A stretch of 64,000 bases of DNA from the human T2T-CHM13v2.0 reference genome, Homo sapiens (GCF_009914755.1 NC_060930.1), one strand, 5' to 3'; shown: positions 42,266 through 57,020, counted from the first letter of the stretch. The notes: generated by a model not told the origin, from the sequence alone. Numbers and translations: made by a program.

Positions 42266-43989
42266 TATATGGATTATTTAACAGGGAAACTTTTCTTTCT
42301 AGATAATAAAATTCAGTTAATTTACTTTAAGTCTGAGTCTATTGATAAAGTCGTATATTATCTGGGTCAATAGTTCACTTGAGGAACAGAGAGAGTTAAT
42401 CTATAGTATCTTCTCGTCTGACAATCCCCGTGTTTTCCAAAACCTTGTGCAGAAAGCTCTTAATGGACATCATAAAATGTTTGGAGATTTGATAAGTTTT
42501 CTGAGGACTTTAGTATTGCATTAATGAAAGTTAATTCAGTTCTAATCTGTGATTCTTGGTGGTTAGAACAGGGATTTAATACCAGCGTTAAGAGTCAATA
42601 TTAGTAGTAACGGTCAAATAACACCATCACAGGAATAGTTTTGGAGACTTTATTTTTTTTTCAACCCAAATTTTGTATTAAAATGTAACTTTAATAAAAC
42701 TAACACATGCTACTATGTTTCTGGGACTAGTAACAGACACACTGTAGACATTAGGGACAAAGCTCCTCCCCTCATGGGCTGCCTAATGGCTTGGCCTGGT
42801 TTCATGCTGCTTTTAGTAAATGTGGGGCTCTCCAGCCTGACTTGAAAAGTAAAGAATATAAAAGTTTCTGTTTATGCTGCCTATATGGCTTTATTATCAG
42901 GCCAAAGGCATAAAGGGAAGCCTCATCTCTTCTAATTAGAGTCAAGCCTAGATTACGAAAGAGCTGCAGAATTTTTTCAGGGGTGGAGGTGGGGCACTTA
43001 TTGAATTTCTTTTACTGAATTGAATTCTATCATAATGGATCCAGATCAACTACTCTTAATCCAAAATTATGTTTAGCGGAAGCTATTCAACTGATCCAAT
43101 CATTCAGTTTCTGAGGAGAACAACTGTATAGAATTTAATAAAAACCATATTGATTAAATGGAAAAATACAATGAATGCTAAACAGATTTTTCTGACTATA
43201 GTTAACATAATTTCATGATTTTCAGACTATAATTATTACGGATTTTCTAATGACACACAAATTCACAGCTTTTTTTTCTTCCCTATGCTGGTGAGCTACT
43301 GTGAATTTAGAACAGATTTGCCAGTAGTTTTGTTCTTCATACATGTACTAACTTGGTCTGCTTCTTTCTTCCGAGTAGTCACCCTATCAAGTGCATTGGA
43401 TGGTTAAGTTTGTACTATGCTTTTTAAAAGAAAGTTTTAACTCTTCTTCCATTTCGCACAGACTATATTGCTCTTTTTTGCAATCAGAATTCACTGCTGT
43501 TCAATCTCCATAGAAAGCCTGGTTAGGAAACTGTTATTGATGGAGAACTATTTGAGTGCATACTCCAGTCTAGTATTTCTTCTGGGTGATAACAGAGATA
43601 GACAGCTGCAGACTTACTGTTCTTTGTTCATGTCCCATGTAGAATCAATTTTACTATATTGATGGAACTTCTAAGAAGCAAACCCTGCAATTCACTATTT
43701 TGTTTACTTTAAAAATATTTTACTGGGATATCAGGCACCAGACAACCATGTCCTCCATTTGGAGATTAGAAAAATGATTCCAGTTAGAGCCTACTACCTG
43801 AAAAATCTACACAATTACTCAGCATTTATTTTCTTCATTTCAACCTTATGAAAAGCATGAATGTTTATATTCTTGTGATTATCACTTCTCCTCTACAGTA
43901 AGTCTTATAATCAAACTCCCCACTTAACACTAACAACCATACAGAAACATACTACTAGGTTAATTATGTACAGAGGTCACATTCATAGT

Positions 43990-44250
43990 GTTGAATCCAA
44001 TGATTGCATTTCTAGGAAGCTATACTAAAGAAATTATCAGAAATTTGGACAAATCTCTGTGACAATTGTTCAACATAAAATTATTCATGATCAAAACCTA
44101 GAACAAGCTTGATTATATAGAAGAAATAGTTTAAAATTTGTGATGCATCTCTAAGAGAGGCTATAACCCAGCTATTAAGTAATACTTAATAATTTCAATG
44201 ACATGGAAAATATTAGGCCAAAAATACAGGGTTCAGAACTTTATTATCCA
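43990..44250 (+). mobile_element. Old L1 (L1ME-like) 3' fragment
   Basis: ATTGCATTTCTAGGAAGCTATACTAAAGAAATTATC..CAGCTATTAA..ATGACATGGAAAA. Confidence 0.6.
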
Positions 44251-47200
44251 AAATCTAAACTACTTAAAATCAAATGGGGATAATGGGCAAGATGGCTGAT
44301 TACAAACAGCTGTGGTCTGTAGCACTCGTGGAGAGGAATGAAGGAACAAGTGAAAACAGCACCTTCAACTAAAATATCCAGGTACTCACAATGGGACTAA
44401 TAAGGGAAACAACTCGACCCACACAGAATAAAGAAAAGCAAGGTGGGCATCAGCACACCTGGAAGTGACATGAAGCCAAGGGAACCCCCACCCCAGCTAA
44501 GGAAAGCAGTGAGTGATTGTGCAGCCCTGGCAAGCCATGCTTCCCCCACGGATCTTTGCAACCCTGGGTCAGGAGATACCCTCATGAGCCCACATCACTA
44601 GGGCCTTGGTCCAACACAGAGTTGTGTAGAATCTTGGCAGAGCAGCTGCTCAGGCATGCACAGAGACCCAGGAGTTTTACATACTCCAGCCCCAATATCC
44701 CTGGCAAGGTGGGAGGTTCCTACTCTCCTCTATGAAGGGGGATAAGTCCAGGGGGCCCAAGCAACACAGTTCTGCAGGCCCCACTTTCATGGCACCTCAC
44801 AAGATAAGACCCACTGGCTTGGAATTCCAGCCAGCCACTGACAACAGGGTGGAGCCTGCCTGAGACAGAGCCCCTGGGGACAGGGGCAGGCCACCCTCTC
44901 TGCTGTATGGTCAACTCAGCCATTTCTACCTGTGGGCTTTGGACAGTGCAAACAGTCCAGAGGAGGAAGGGTTCTACCACTGCAGCACAGCTGCTTTGCC
45001 AGAATGTGGCCAGATTGTTTCTTAAAGCAGGATCCCAATCCATTCCTCTTCAATGGGGGGGACCTCCCAGCTGGGACTGCCAGCCATTCCTGACCATATG
45101 CTGCAAACAGAGCTCTGATCTCTCCCTGGAATGTAGTCCTGGGGGGAAGGGGATGTACCACCTCTTTGATCCTTTGGATGACTCAGCCATTCCAGTCTGC
45201 AGGCTTTGGAGAGTCCAAGCCAATAGAGGCAGAGGCAGTTACCCAGCACGACTCAGCTGTTTTGTCCAAGTGTGGCCAGACTGCTTTAAGAGGGATCTAG
45301 ATTCATTCCTCCTCACTCAGTGTGTCTTCCCAGCGGCAGGCTTCTAGCCAGCCCAGCTTATGTTCTATGGCTGCCAGAGTTCTAATTTTTCCCTGTGTTG
45401 GAGTGCCCAGGGGGCAGCACAGGCTACAACCCTGGCTGTTCGGGCACCTCAGATGATCCAGCCTGTGAGCCTTAGACAGCTGCCCGAAATTGGAGGTTGA
45501 ACCCAACCCAGCACAGCTGCTCTACCAAAACTGCTCGACTGCTTCTTTAAGGAAGTCCCTGATCCCATTCCCCCTGACTGGGTGAGATCTCCTAATTGGG
45601 GTCTCCAGCCACCTCCTACAGGCATGTTCAGGCTGGCAACAGGTCAGTACCTCCCTGGAACAAAGCTTCCAGAGGAAGGGGCAGGCTGCCATCTTTGCTG
45701 TTCACAGCTTGTACTAGTGATAGCTCCAGGTACTGGAGATGACTAGGGTCCAAAACAGACACCCCAGCCAATCACAGCAGCACTACAGAAAAGTGGCCAG
45801 ACTGCTAAAAGAGAAACAAACAAATAGAAAACAGCAACAACAACAAAAACCCATTCAGGGTCAGCAACCTCAAAGATCAAAGGTAGATAAGCATACAAAG
45901 ATGGCAAAGAATCAATGCAAACATGCTGATAACTCAACAAGCCAGAGTGTGCCTTTTCCTGCAAATGACTGCAACACATCTTAAGCAAGGGCTCAGAAGT
46001 GGGCTGAGGCTGATGTGGCTGAAAAATTAGAAGTAGGCTTCAGAATGCAGACAAAAACAAACTTTTCTGTGCTAATGGAACATATTTCCCCAATGCAAAG
46101 AAGCTAGGAATCATGATAAAGCAATGCAAGAGATGACAGTCAAAATAATCAGTATACAGAGGAACATAACTTACTTGATATAGCTGAGAAACACACTACA
46201 AAAACTTCGCAATGCAATCACAAGTATTAATAGCAAAATCGACCAAGTGGAGGACAGAATCTCAGAGCTTGAAGACTATCTTTCTGAAATAAGACAGGCA
46301 GACAAGAAAAGAGAAAAAAGAATAAAGGGAATGAACGAAAACTCCGAGAAATATAGGACTATGTAAAGAGACCAAATCTACAACTAATTAGGGTACCTGA
46401 AAAAGACAGGGAGAATGAAACCAATTTGGAAAACATACTTCAGGATATCATCTAGAACTTTCCCAACCTAGCAAGACAGGCCAACATTTAAATTCAGGAA
46501 ATGCAGAGAACCCCAGTGAACTCCATGAAAAGATCATCTCCCAAGACTGGTAATAATCAGATTCTCTAAGGTCAAAATGAAAGAAAAAAATTGAAGAGTA
46601 GTCAGAGAGAAAGTCCATGTCACCTTCAAAGGAAAGTTCATCAGATATAGTGGACCTCTCAGCAGAAACCCTACAAGCCAGAAGAGATTTGAGGTCAACA
46701 TTCAGCATTCTTAAAGAAAAATATTTGCAACTGAGAATTTCATATCCAGCAAAACTAAGCTTTGTAAGCAAAAGAGAAATAGGACCCTTTTCAGACAAGG
46801 AAATGCTGAGGGAATTCATTACCATCAGACCTACCTTGCAAAGGCTCCTGAAGGAAGCATATTAAATATGGAAAGGAAAATCCATTACCAGCCACTACAA
46901 AAACACACTGAAGTACACAGATCAGTGACACTATGCAGCAACCACAAAAGCAATTCTGCAAACTAACCAGCTGGCATCATGATGACAGGACCAAAAAGAC
47001 ACATAACAATACTAACCTTAAATGTAAATGGGCTAAATGCCCCTGCCCCAATTAAAAGACACAGAATGGTAGCTGGATCAAGAACCAAGACCCACTGGAA
47101 TACTGTCTTCAAGAGACCCATCTCATATGCAAAGACACACACAGGCTCAAAATGAAAAGATAGAGAAAAATTTACCAAGCAAATAGAAAGCAGAAAGAAG

Positions 47201-48756
47201 CAGAGGTTGAAATCCTAATTTCTGACAAAACAGACTTTAAGCCAACAAAGATGATAAAAGACAAAGAAGGGCATTATATAATGGTAAAGGGTTTAATTCA
47301 ACAAGAAAAGCTAACTATCTTAAATATATGCAACTAATACAGGAATACCCAGATTCATACAGAAAGTTCTTAGAGACCTTCAAAGAGACTTAGATTCCCA
47401 AACAATAATAGTGGGAGACTTTAACACCCCACAGACAATGATAAATGGTTCATCAAGGCAGAAAATCAACAAAGATTTTCAGGACCTGAACTCAGCTCTG
47501 GATCAAATGGATCTGATAGATATCTACAGAACTCTCCACCCCAAAATAACAGTATATACATTCTTCTTGTCACCACATAATGCTTACTGTAAAATTGATA
47601 ACATAATCATAACTAAAATACTCCTCATCAAATGCAAAAGAACTGAAATAATAAAAGCAATCTCTCAGAACACAGTGCAATCAAATTAGAACTCAATATT
47701 AAGGAATTTACTCAAAACTGTATAAATACATGGAAATTGAACAACGTGTTCCTGAATGACTTATGGGTAAATAATGAAATTAAGGCAGAAATCATGAAGT
47801 TATTTGAAACTAAGGAGAACAAAGATAGAATAAACCAGAATCTCTGGGACACAGCTAAAGCACTGTTAACAGGAAAATTTATAGCACTAAATGCCCACAT
47901 CAAAAAGCTAGAAAGAGCTCAAGTTAACAACCTAACATCATAACTAAAAGAACTAGAGAAGCAAGAGCAACAAACCCCAAAACTAGCAGAAGACAAGAAA
48001 TAAACAAGATAAGAGCTGAACTGAAGGAGATAGAGATATGAAAAACCCTTCAAACAATCAATTAATCCAGGAGAAGTTTTTTTGAAAAAAATAAAATAAA
48101 ATAAAATAGATCGCTAGCTAGACTAATAAAGAAGAAAAGAGAGATTGGTTTTGAAATTTCCAAATTGGTTGTGTTCAAATAACCACAATCAGAAATGATA
48201 AGGGGGATATCACCACTGACTCCATAGAAATACAAACAACCATCAGAGAATACTATAAACACCCCTATGCACATATAAACCAGAAAATCTAGAAAAAATG
48301 GACAAATTCCTGGACACATACAGCCTCACAACACTGAACCAGAAAAAAAAGACTACCTACCAAAACTACCTACCAAAAAAGCCCGGGACCAGATGGATTC
48401 ACAGCTGAATTCTACCAGAGGTGCAAACAAGAGCTGGTATCATTCCTACTGAAATTATTCCAAAAAATAAAAAAAAAGAGACTCTTGTCTAACTCATTTT
48501 ATGAGATCAGCATCATTCTGATACCAAAGCCTGGCAGAAATACAACAACAAAAAGGAAAACTTCAAGCCAATATCCTTCATGAATATAAATGCAATATTG
48601 TGAAAATGACTATACTGCCCAAAGCAATTTATAGATTCAGTGCTATTAAACTACCACTGACATTCTTCACAGACTAGAAAAACTTATTTTAAAATTCATG
48701 TGGAATCAAAAAAGAGCCCAAATATCCAAGGCAATCCTAAGTAAAAAAACAAAGAT

Positions 48757-49084
<328 letters not shown>

Positions 49085-49140
49085 CTACAAGGCTACAGTA
49101 ACCAAAACAGCATGGTACTGGTACAAAAACAAACACATAC

Positions 49141-49426
49141 GCAGCATGGTGGATCATGCCTGTAATTCCAACACTTTGGGAGACTGAGGTGTGTAGATCA
49201 CTTGAGGTCAGGAGTTTGGGACCAGCATGAGCAAGATGGTGAAACCCAGTCTCTAGTAAAAATACACAAATTAGCTGGGTGTTGTGGTGTGTGCCTCTAG
49301 TCTCAGATACTCTGGAGGCTAAGGCACAAGAATTGCTTGAACCTGAAAGGCAGAGGTTTCGGTGAGCCAAGATTGCACCACTGCACTCCATCACTCTGGG
49401 TGACACAGCGATACTCTGTCTCAAAA
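49141..49426 (+). mobile_element. AluS (Sx/Sz-like) inside L1 ORF2
   Basis: ATCACTTGAGGTCAGGAGTTT; TSD AACA(A/G)ACACATA on both sides. Confidence 0.95.
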
Positions 49427-51099
49427 AGAACAGACACATAGATCATGGAAGAGAATAGAGAATCCAGAAAGAAATAAGACTGAACACCTACAACCATCTG
49501 ATCTTTGACAAACCTGACAAAAACAAGCAATGGGGAGAAAATTCCCTATTTAATAAATGTTGTTGGGAAAACTGGCTAGTCATATGCAGAAAATTGAAAC
49601 TGGACTCCTTCCTTACACCATAAACAAAAAAATAACTCAAGATGGATTAAAGACTTAAATGTAAAACCCAAAACTATAAAAATTCTGGATGCCAACCTCG
49701 GAAATACCATTCTAGACATAGGACCTGACATGGATTTCACGACAAAGAAGCCAAAAGCAATTGCAACAAAAGCAAAAATTGACAAATGGGATTTAATTAA
49801 ACTAAAAAGCTTCTGCACAGCAAAAGAAACTATCAACAGAATAAACAGAAAATCTATAGAATGAAAGAAAATTTTTGTAATCTATCCATCTGACAAAGGT
49901 CTAATATTCAGCATTTATAAGGAACTTCAGCAAATTTACAAGAAAAGAACAAAAAAACCCATTAAAAAGTGGTCAAAGGACACGGACAGATGCTTTTCAA
50001 AAGAAAACATACATGTAGCTAACAAACATGAAAAAAAGCTCAACATCACTGATCATTAGATCATCACTGATCAAAACCACAATGAAATACCATCTCATAC
50101 CAGTCAGAATGGCTATCACTAAACAGTAAAAAAAAAAAAAAAAAAACTAAACAAAAAAACTACAGATGCTGGTGAGGCACTGGAACAAAAGGAATGCTTT
50201 TACACTGTTGATGGGAGTGTAAATTAGTTCAACCACTGTAGAAGACAGTGTGACACTTCCTCAAAGACCTAGAGGCAGAAATACTACCATTCAACCCAGC
50301 AATCTCATTACTGGGTATATACCCAAAGGAATATAAATTGTTTTATTATAAAAATACATGCACAAGTATGTTCACTATAGCACTCTTCACAATAGCAAAT
50401 ACATGGAATTAACCTAAATGCTCATCAATGGTAAACTGAATAAAGAAAATATGGTATATATAAACCATAGAATAACAGGCAGCTATACTTACATGTCCTT
50501 TGCAGGGACATGGATGGAGCTGGAGGCCACTATCCTTAGCAAACTAACACAGGAACAAGAAACCAAATACCACATGTTCTCATTTATAAGTGGGAGCTGA
50601 ATGATGAGAACACATGGACACATAGTAAGTAACAACACAACACTGGGGCTTGTTACAGGTTTGGGGGTGGAAGGACAGAGAGCATCAGGCAGAATAGCTA
50701 ATGGATGCTGGGCTTAATACCTAGGTGATGGGATGATCTGTGCAGCAAACCACCACGGCATGTGTTTATGTATGTAACAAACCTACATATCTTGCACATG
50801 TACCCCTGAACTTAAAAGTTGGAAATTTAAAAATAATAAAAATATATATAAAGTGTGTATGTGTAACAAACAGTATTTATCTCTTAGTAGTGAGAATGCC
50901 ACAGATTTTTATTTTTATCCCTGTGAATTTCTGTATGGTCCAAGTTTTCCTAATGAGTATGTACTAATTTTGTAATAATTTATTAAAGAATATAATTTAC
51001 TTTTCACAAAAGAATGGAGGACCGTACTCAGTACAATGAAAAAGGAGAAAAATATATGAAACTGGTCTCTGTAAAGAAAAATAGATCGGGAACGACTTG

Positions 51100-51330
51100 G
51101 GGGTGGAGGCAGGCAGGGGAATGCAGGGTAGGAAGAGAACTGGGTGGCAGGAGGGGGATGATGTGTAGAAGAATGGAGTTTTACTAGTAAAAATAATAAA
51201 TCGGGAGAAAAGTAGAGAACGGGTGAAAGAATGAAAACTAACTTTTGGACCTGACAAGTTTGAGGTGATACTGAGACAACCATGTGCAGTTACATATTCA
51301 TATAAGATCTAAAGCTTGGGAGTTTTTGGA
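51100..51330 (-). mobile_element. L2 fragment
   Basis: TTTTGGACCTGACAAGTTTGAGGTG..GAGACAACCATGTG. Confidence 0.5.
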
Positions 51331-53234
51331 ATATTTGGTGGACATTTTGGTCCATTTTTGAAAATCCCAGTTTTTAGCAATTAATGAAAGTCAATATGTA
51401 AGTTGCAAAGTTGGATGTGATACTGTTATAAGAAACATGCTTTTTATTTCATAGTATATATATAAGGAAATAGATTATAGCATGAGTTTTAGGTAAGAAA
51501 ATTGATAAGTAAGAATGTTTGCATTACAGTTGGGCAAACACACTCCTTCGATCTCGGCTCCTAATAAATAATGCAGAGACTACTTGGCTTTTCTAAGAAC
51601 ATTCATCAAGAGTTAATGCCTTCTCCATTACTAGTTTTTCTTACTTTTCCAGGGTCTCTACCGAGAGGGTAGATACTTTCTCTTCACAATTGAGCTGTGC
51701 TTTTTTCTCTTTAGGAACCTACCTACCAGAATTAGCATTCAATCCTGGGCTTTTCATTGTTCATGAATACACCTACTCCCAAAGATGGGAAAGCTTTAAG
51801 AGATTACAATGGTTTATTTCTCAAGCAAATAATAGTGAGTGGCTCCTTCCTTGGGAAATGTTGAAGTGGTTTACTTGAAAATTCTAGCTAAGCTTTCTTT
51901 TCCCCTGACAATAAAAAAATCATGTATGTATCCATAACTTATAATTCATATAAAGTTAAAACACACCTTAATTGTGTGCACATTGCTCAAGATTTTCAAG
52001 CATATTAGGACAAACAGAAGGTGGATAATAACTTTTTTCAGTGGGTACAAGAATGAATATTGAAAATAACTATTTTTCTTTCAATCAGTGCATTGTATTT
52101 TGTAGGACATAATAATAATATACAGTGGAGTCATGTTTCTCTGCTCGTCACTTCACATATAGAATCCCAACATAACACCACCCAGCAAGCAATGTTATGT
52201 TTGTTTAGGCAGCAATATAATATGTTTCTTGAAGTTTAAAAGGCAACATATTTTGCATTTGTACATTCAATTTTAAATCAAAAATAAAGTTTGAGTGGGA
52301 AAAGATTGAATATCAGATCTTGATTATTTTTTGTCACTGGGCCAAAGCTTGGAAATCATCTCAAGTGGGCCTTTATTTCTACCTGCAGCCTCCAAGTATA
52401 ATTGAATTGCTTGTTTAGGAGCTCTCACACCATTCAGTAAGGGGACGAAGGCAACAACTGACATTATAACCTACCAGGTATGCACAACTTCTCAGTGAAT
52501 GTAGTAAATTAATGTATAAATAACAGTCAAAATTCAGACATTAGGTCAGAGTTTTATGCATATAAATGTTATATGAAGAAAAAGCGATGTTTTTTATATT
52601 TTTTGATAAGTGAAACATATTGAATAACACTTTAGTTTTAGAAAAAAATCTTAAAATTAGCATCTTTATTAGACTATATTTGTAAGTACTATTTTCTTGA
52701 TTCTTTGTTTAATTAAGAATAGTTATAAAACAAACTTTTATGGTTAATTTTTAAATGTATACAAAGATTTCAATAAAAATACATAAAAAGATTTTTATAC
52801 AAATGTCTATGTATTTTTGCTTTAATACCCGGTAAAGAATACATATTGCTAATGAACACATTTTATAATGCTGTATATAATTCACAATAATCAGTAGTTG
52901 TTTATGATAATAAAGTGAGAATGTATTTTTCGAGGGAACGAGGAATAAACAAAATGTGAGATCAAATACACATTCTTAAATTTCATGGAACACCATTATC
53001 TGATTTCTATTGGTGTAGTGTAAAGTACACCTTCTCCTATCCATTTGCTCTCTTACCCACAGTATATATAGTTTACAAATGTTTCAAGACAAGATTGATT
53101 GACAATTCACAAATTTTAATAGGTCTACATCCAAATTGGTGCAATAAGAAAAGAACTATGTGCATGGCTCAGGATTCACATTGACAGCATTGTGTAGTTA
53201 CATATCTTCAGACAAGTGAATAGCATTGTTGGTG

Positions 53235-53238
<4 letters not shown>

Positions 53239-53276
<38 letters not shown>
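53239..53276. repeat. (TG)n microsatellite
   Basis: About 19 perfect TG units. Confidence 0.98.
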
Positions 53277-53283
<7 letters not shown>

Positions 53284-53837
53284 GTAAAGCCCACTAGCGT
53301 GAAGCAGGACTTTCCTTTCATTGTGTCAGTTCTATTGGATTTTTATCTGTCATCTTAAAAGGCATAACGATCCTTATTTTAAGCCTGTCATTTGGCTTAT
53401 TATAATTTCTGCAGTGGGTCTATCATTCCCATTGTTGGAAAAATATACAATTCTTTATTTGAAAACAATTTTACAAAGTTTTCACAGTTAAGTGTAAAAC
53501 TATTATAAATTGAAAAGGCTCCTGGAACACGAATCAATGATACACAGATTAAACATCAGGACAGAGGTGGTTACAGAACATGAATGTTGCCCCAATTGTT
53601 TCAGTACTTATGGCAACAGACTTTTCATGTTCTGAGCTGTCAAACCTAATGTAGAGGCAGGTATGTCAGTAGGAATTCCAATGTCTGAAATCTATTCCTA
53701 AGCTATTTGGCTTTCTTAAAAAACATTCTAAAAAAAAACCTAGTAACTTTTGGAGAGCACATGGAACTAAGAATAATGCAGGTCTGGTCTCCGAATTAGT
53801 TGTTAGAGTTGACGAAGTGTTAACTATGTAGCCTTAC

Positions 53838-53849
53838 GAATTGCTCCAT
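53838..53849 (-). CDS. Candidate coding end of a first exon (Met-Glu-Gln-Phe, phase-0 donor); gene not identified
   Basis: Minus strand reads TACC ATG GAG CAA TTC | GTAAGG, a strong Kozak context directly before a GTAAG donor, in CpG-retaining unique sequence. Confidence 0.4.
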
Positions 53850-54440
53850 GGTACGAGGTACAAGAAATATTTTTTTGTTTCAAGTTTTTCAAAATCAAAT
53901 TAAATCTGTCTCTGAGTTTCCACTTGAGAGAGTTCGTGCGGAATCTGATATCAGTTCTGATTGCTCTCACTTTTCTTCCCCTGCCACCCCTGCGTGCCTC
54001 CAGACCACCTTGGCTATTCCCAGTGGTCTGTGTGCCTCCCATTCCTCCTTCTGCTAAACAGAGCAGCTGTCCCTGGTGTCATTCACCGTGTTCTGAGCAC
54101 TGCTGCCTCAGAGAGCATTGCTGCTGCCTTTATTCCATCCTGAGCAATTTCCTCTGATGTCCTGCTTCCCCTGAAATGAGTCTGCTTGGGAGCGGGATTC
54201 TGTCCTCTGCCACTTGCAAATCCCTCAAATCCAGACAAATGTCTACTGTACAGAAGGCCAAAGATTTGACAACTCAAGGAAAAAAAAAAATTCCAACCGC
54301 CCTTCCTGTAAGGGCAGGAGTGTGGGAGGGGATTATGTTTTCATCATTATTTTTTGAGTCTATAGCAGAAAAAAAAAGACAGTATACCAATTAATTCACC
54401 ACTGATTCTTTTTGGCACAAAAATCACGTGACTCTTCTAT
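53850..54440 (-). promoter_or_regulatory. Candidate non-CpG-island promoter and 5' UTR
   Basis: Locally GC-richer unique DNA; GC box GGGCGG (54297-54302, minus); E-box ATCACGTGAC (54423-54432). Confidence 0.45.
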
Positions 54441-56889
54441 TTTCATCTTGCTTTTTTTCTCACTTCCCCTATGGAGCTGCGACTTTAGTTAAGGAAGAAT
54501 GCTTCTCTTTCCTTCTTTGGTTGCTGTACAGTTTCCACATTTCTTCTACATATTTTGATCCCTCTGGTCCCTTAAATCTCTGTGACTTGCAGACAGACAC
54601 TGCTTCCACAGCTCATATAAGAAGGTTTGATTTAGATAAAAATCTGAAAAAAGAATAACTATGCCGAACCTAACATCAAACTGGCTTCTTACTCCTCTTC
54701 ACTCTCAAGCCCTTAAAAGCAAGCATCCTATCAAACAGTTAAGTCCTGAATTCTTTACTATTTCTTATCACTACTTTGCCAAAGTTGAGGTTACAATATG
54801 GGAAAGAAAGAGCAATGATTGCTGCATAGAAAACCAATAGTCAAGATTATGTTGAATAATTAATAATAATAAGGGTCTAAGCGAAGGATTTCACTAGGGG
54901 CTGGAACTGTAAGAGACAATCTGATATAGAAAGTTTTTGTTCATTTTAAGCAAGATGAAACATTCTAAAAAATGTCTCTGTACTTCAATTGAAATAAAAA
55001 ATGTTAAAATACATTTGAAGAGCAGTTTTATTTGTTAGTTATGGTGATGACAAGCTTAAGTCAACATGCAATTAATCTCAATATTGTTTACCTGCTATTG
55101 AGGAACAAAGTTAAGAATTATGTGGTTTAGTTTCTGTATTAAGGGCACACATTAAAATTTAGAGTTGAATATGTAGGTGGCAATGAATGAATAAAACATC
55201 TTGCCCAATGTGTTATTGGGTTTTGCTCCTAGTCACTTCTTTATAAATTCTAAACTTAGACACCAGCAGTAAAACAAACTTTTCCTTTATTTGTCTAAGC
55301 CTAATGCTGATTTACCTTCACTTTAACAAGATGATTCCCATTTTGGCATTAAATCAAAGAAACGAAATTCCACAGGACTTAGGTAGGACTTTATGAAATG
55401 CTATTGGATTGTTCTCAAGTGTTGCCTTAATATAAATAACAGTTGAATCACCTAACCTCAAATCCACATTTACCTATCTTAAATAAAAACAATCTTAGAA
55501 TTTCAAGATTTATCTATAGTGATAGATAAAATAAAACACATCAATTTCTCCAATTCAGTGACTTGAATTTATTTCTGTTGGAAAAGCAAATTTTGCAATT
55601 ATCTCTTATAGATATAACTACTTTGCCTCTGATAGAATTAGCAAAGTAGCATGCCAGGAGGTCTGAAACTATAGGAAAATGTGGCAAAGAATCAAGAAGT
55701 AGCATGGCATTTTTGAATTTAAGGATATTATTAATGATGTGTATATGGATGGAGTCACAAAGACTTCAAGTATTGGTAATAAATGAAAGCTTTGTAAGAA
55801 GGACTGAGTAAGGATTGATGATGCTTTAATGAATAAAGAAAATATTGCCTCTTTTTCTCCAGACTAAGGTTTGTTTAGTTTTGTCTCTGCATAATACCCC
55901 AGTTAAAAAAAATGTTTTCACTAAGACCCAGGTATGGGCTAAATTGATTTATGGCGAGAGCAGAAACCAAGATACTGGTGCCAAAATAGTGGTAAGATAA
56001 TAAAACAGTAAGCTTGAACGGAATCCAGATTGCTCAAATATGATTTGAAAGGAAACTGTTGATAAGCTAAGATAGACCACAAAGGCTGGTCACAGGTTCC
56101 ACTATTAGCAAGAATTATGGGACTCAGAGTCATTTTTAGGTTGATTTCACTCGTTTTCTATCTGCTCATTCAAATGGAATACCCCAAATTGAGAATATAC
56201 AAATAGTCCCCATACCTTGTGTTCCTTGTTTGTTATGAAGAATGTTTTAAATTCAGTTGTCAATCCACAGCTTTGCAGAGCACAGAACCATTAGGCTTAC
56301 TGCCACTTAGGCTAGTGAAGGCAGCGCCAGCATACAGTAACTGCCATACCTCATAAAGAAATCCTTGCCTCCATAACGCTACATATTTCTGAGTTCTAGT
56401 TCTACTGCTTCATTGGGCATACAAAATATCTGACTATGGATCCCCACAGCTGTTTCTCATAATAAAACAAGACTCAAATGTTTTCATATTTTGGAAATAC
56501 TCTCCTCACAAGAAGAGTAGCTGGACTTCAGAGTGCCAATTCTCATCCCCCGAGGTTTGACTTATTTTGACACCTTTTAATGATCAATTTCATTTCACCA
56601 TTGTTCGCTGCATTACAGCACAATCCAGACCCAAGCATAGATTGTGGCTTCTCCCTTTATGTCCCACTTTGCAGTTTAAGTCAAGCTGGAATATCTAAAA
56701 CCTAGTGATATAGAAAGGGGAATAAATATGAAGAGAATATGCATCTTAACGAGGTGCTTTACAAAATGCAGGTTACTACTGTCACTTTGTCATTCATTCC
56801 AAGGGCACTGTCTCTTTAATCCCAGCCTGCTCCGTGTGACACTGGTCATCTTCCTCCGTTGCCAAAAATTCCCTTCAACGTAGGTAGAC

Positions 56890-57020
56890 CACTCAAAGTC
56901 CAGACTTCAAAACAAAAGCCGAGATAAATTACAGGATTCATCTGACAAACCCCTTAGTTCCTCTGTGCTTTGATTGCCTCACCTGTAAAATGGCATGGAA
57001 TTAAATAAACATACTCTTCA
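56890..57020 (+). mobile_element. MIR fragment
   Basis: CTCTGTGCTTTGATTGCCTCACCTGTAAAATGG. Confidence 0.6.

Noticed and set aside
44397-45506. GC-rich ORFs up to 146 aa
   Set aside because: L1 5' UTR monomers; ORFs on both strands reflect base composition
51098-51158. G-quadruplex candidate
   Set aside because: Loops between G tracts are mostly long; purine-rich L2-like context
53838-53849. SPTA1 exon 1 (its protein also starts MEQF)
   Set aside because: As I recall, SPTA1 continues PKET within its first exon; here a donor-like GTAAGG follows Phe, so no gene symbol is assigned
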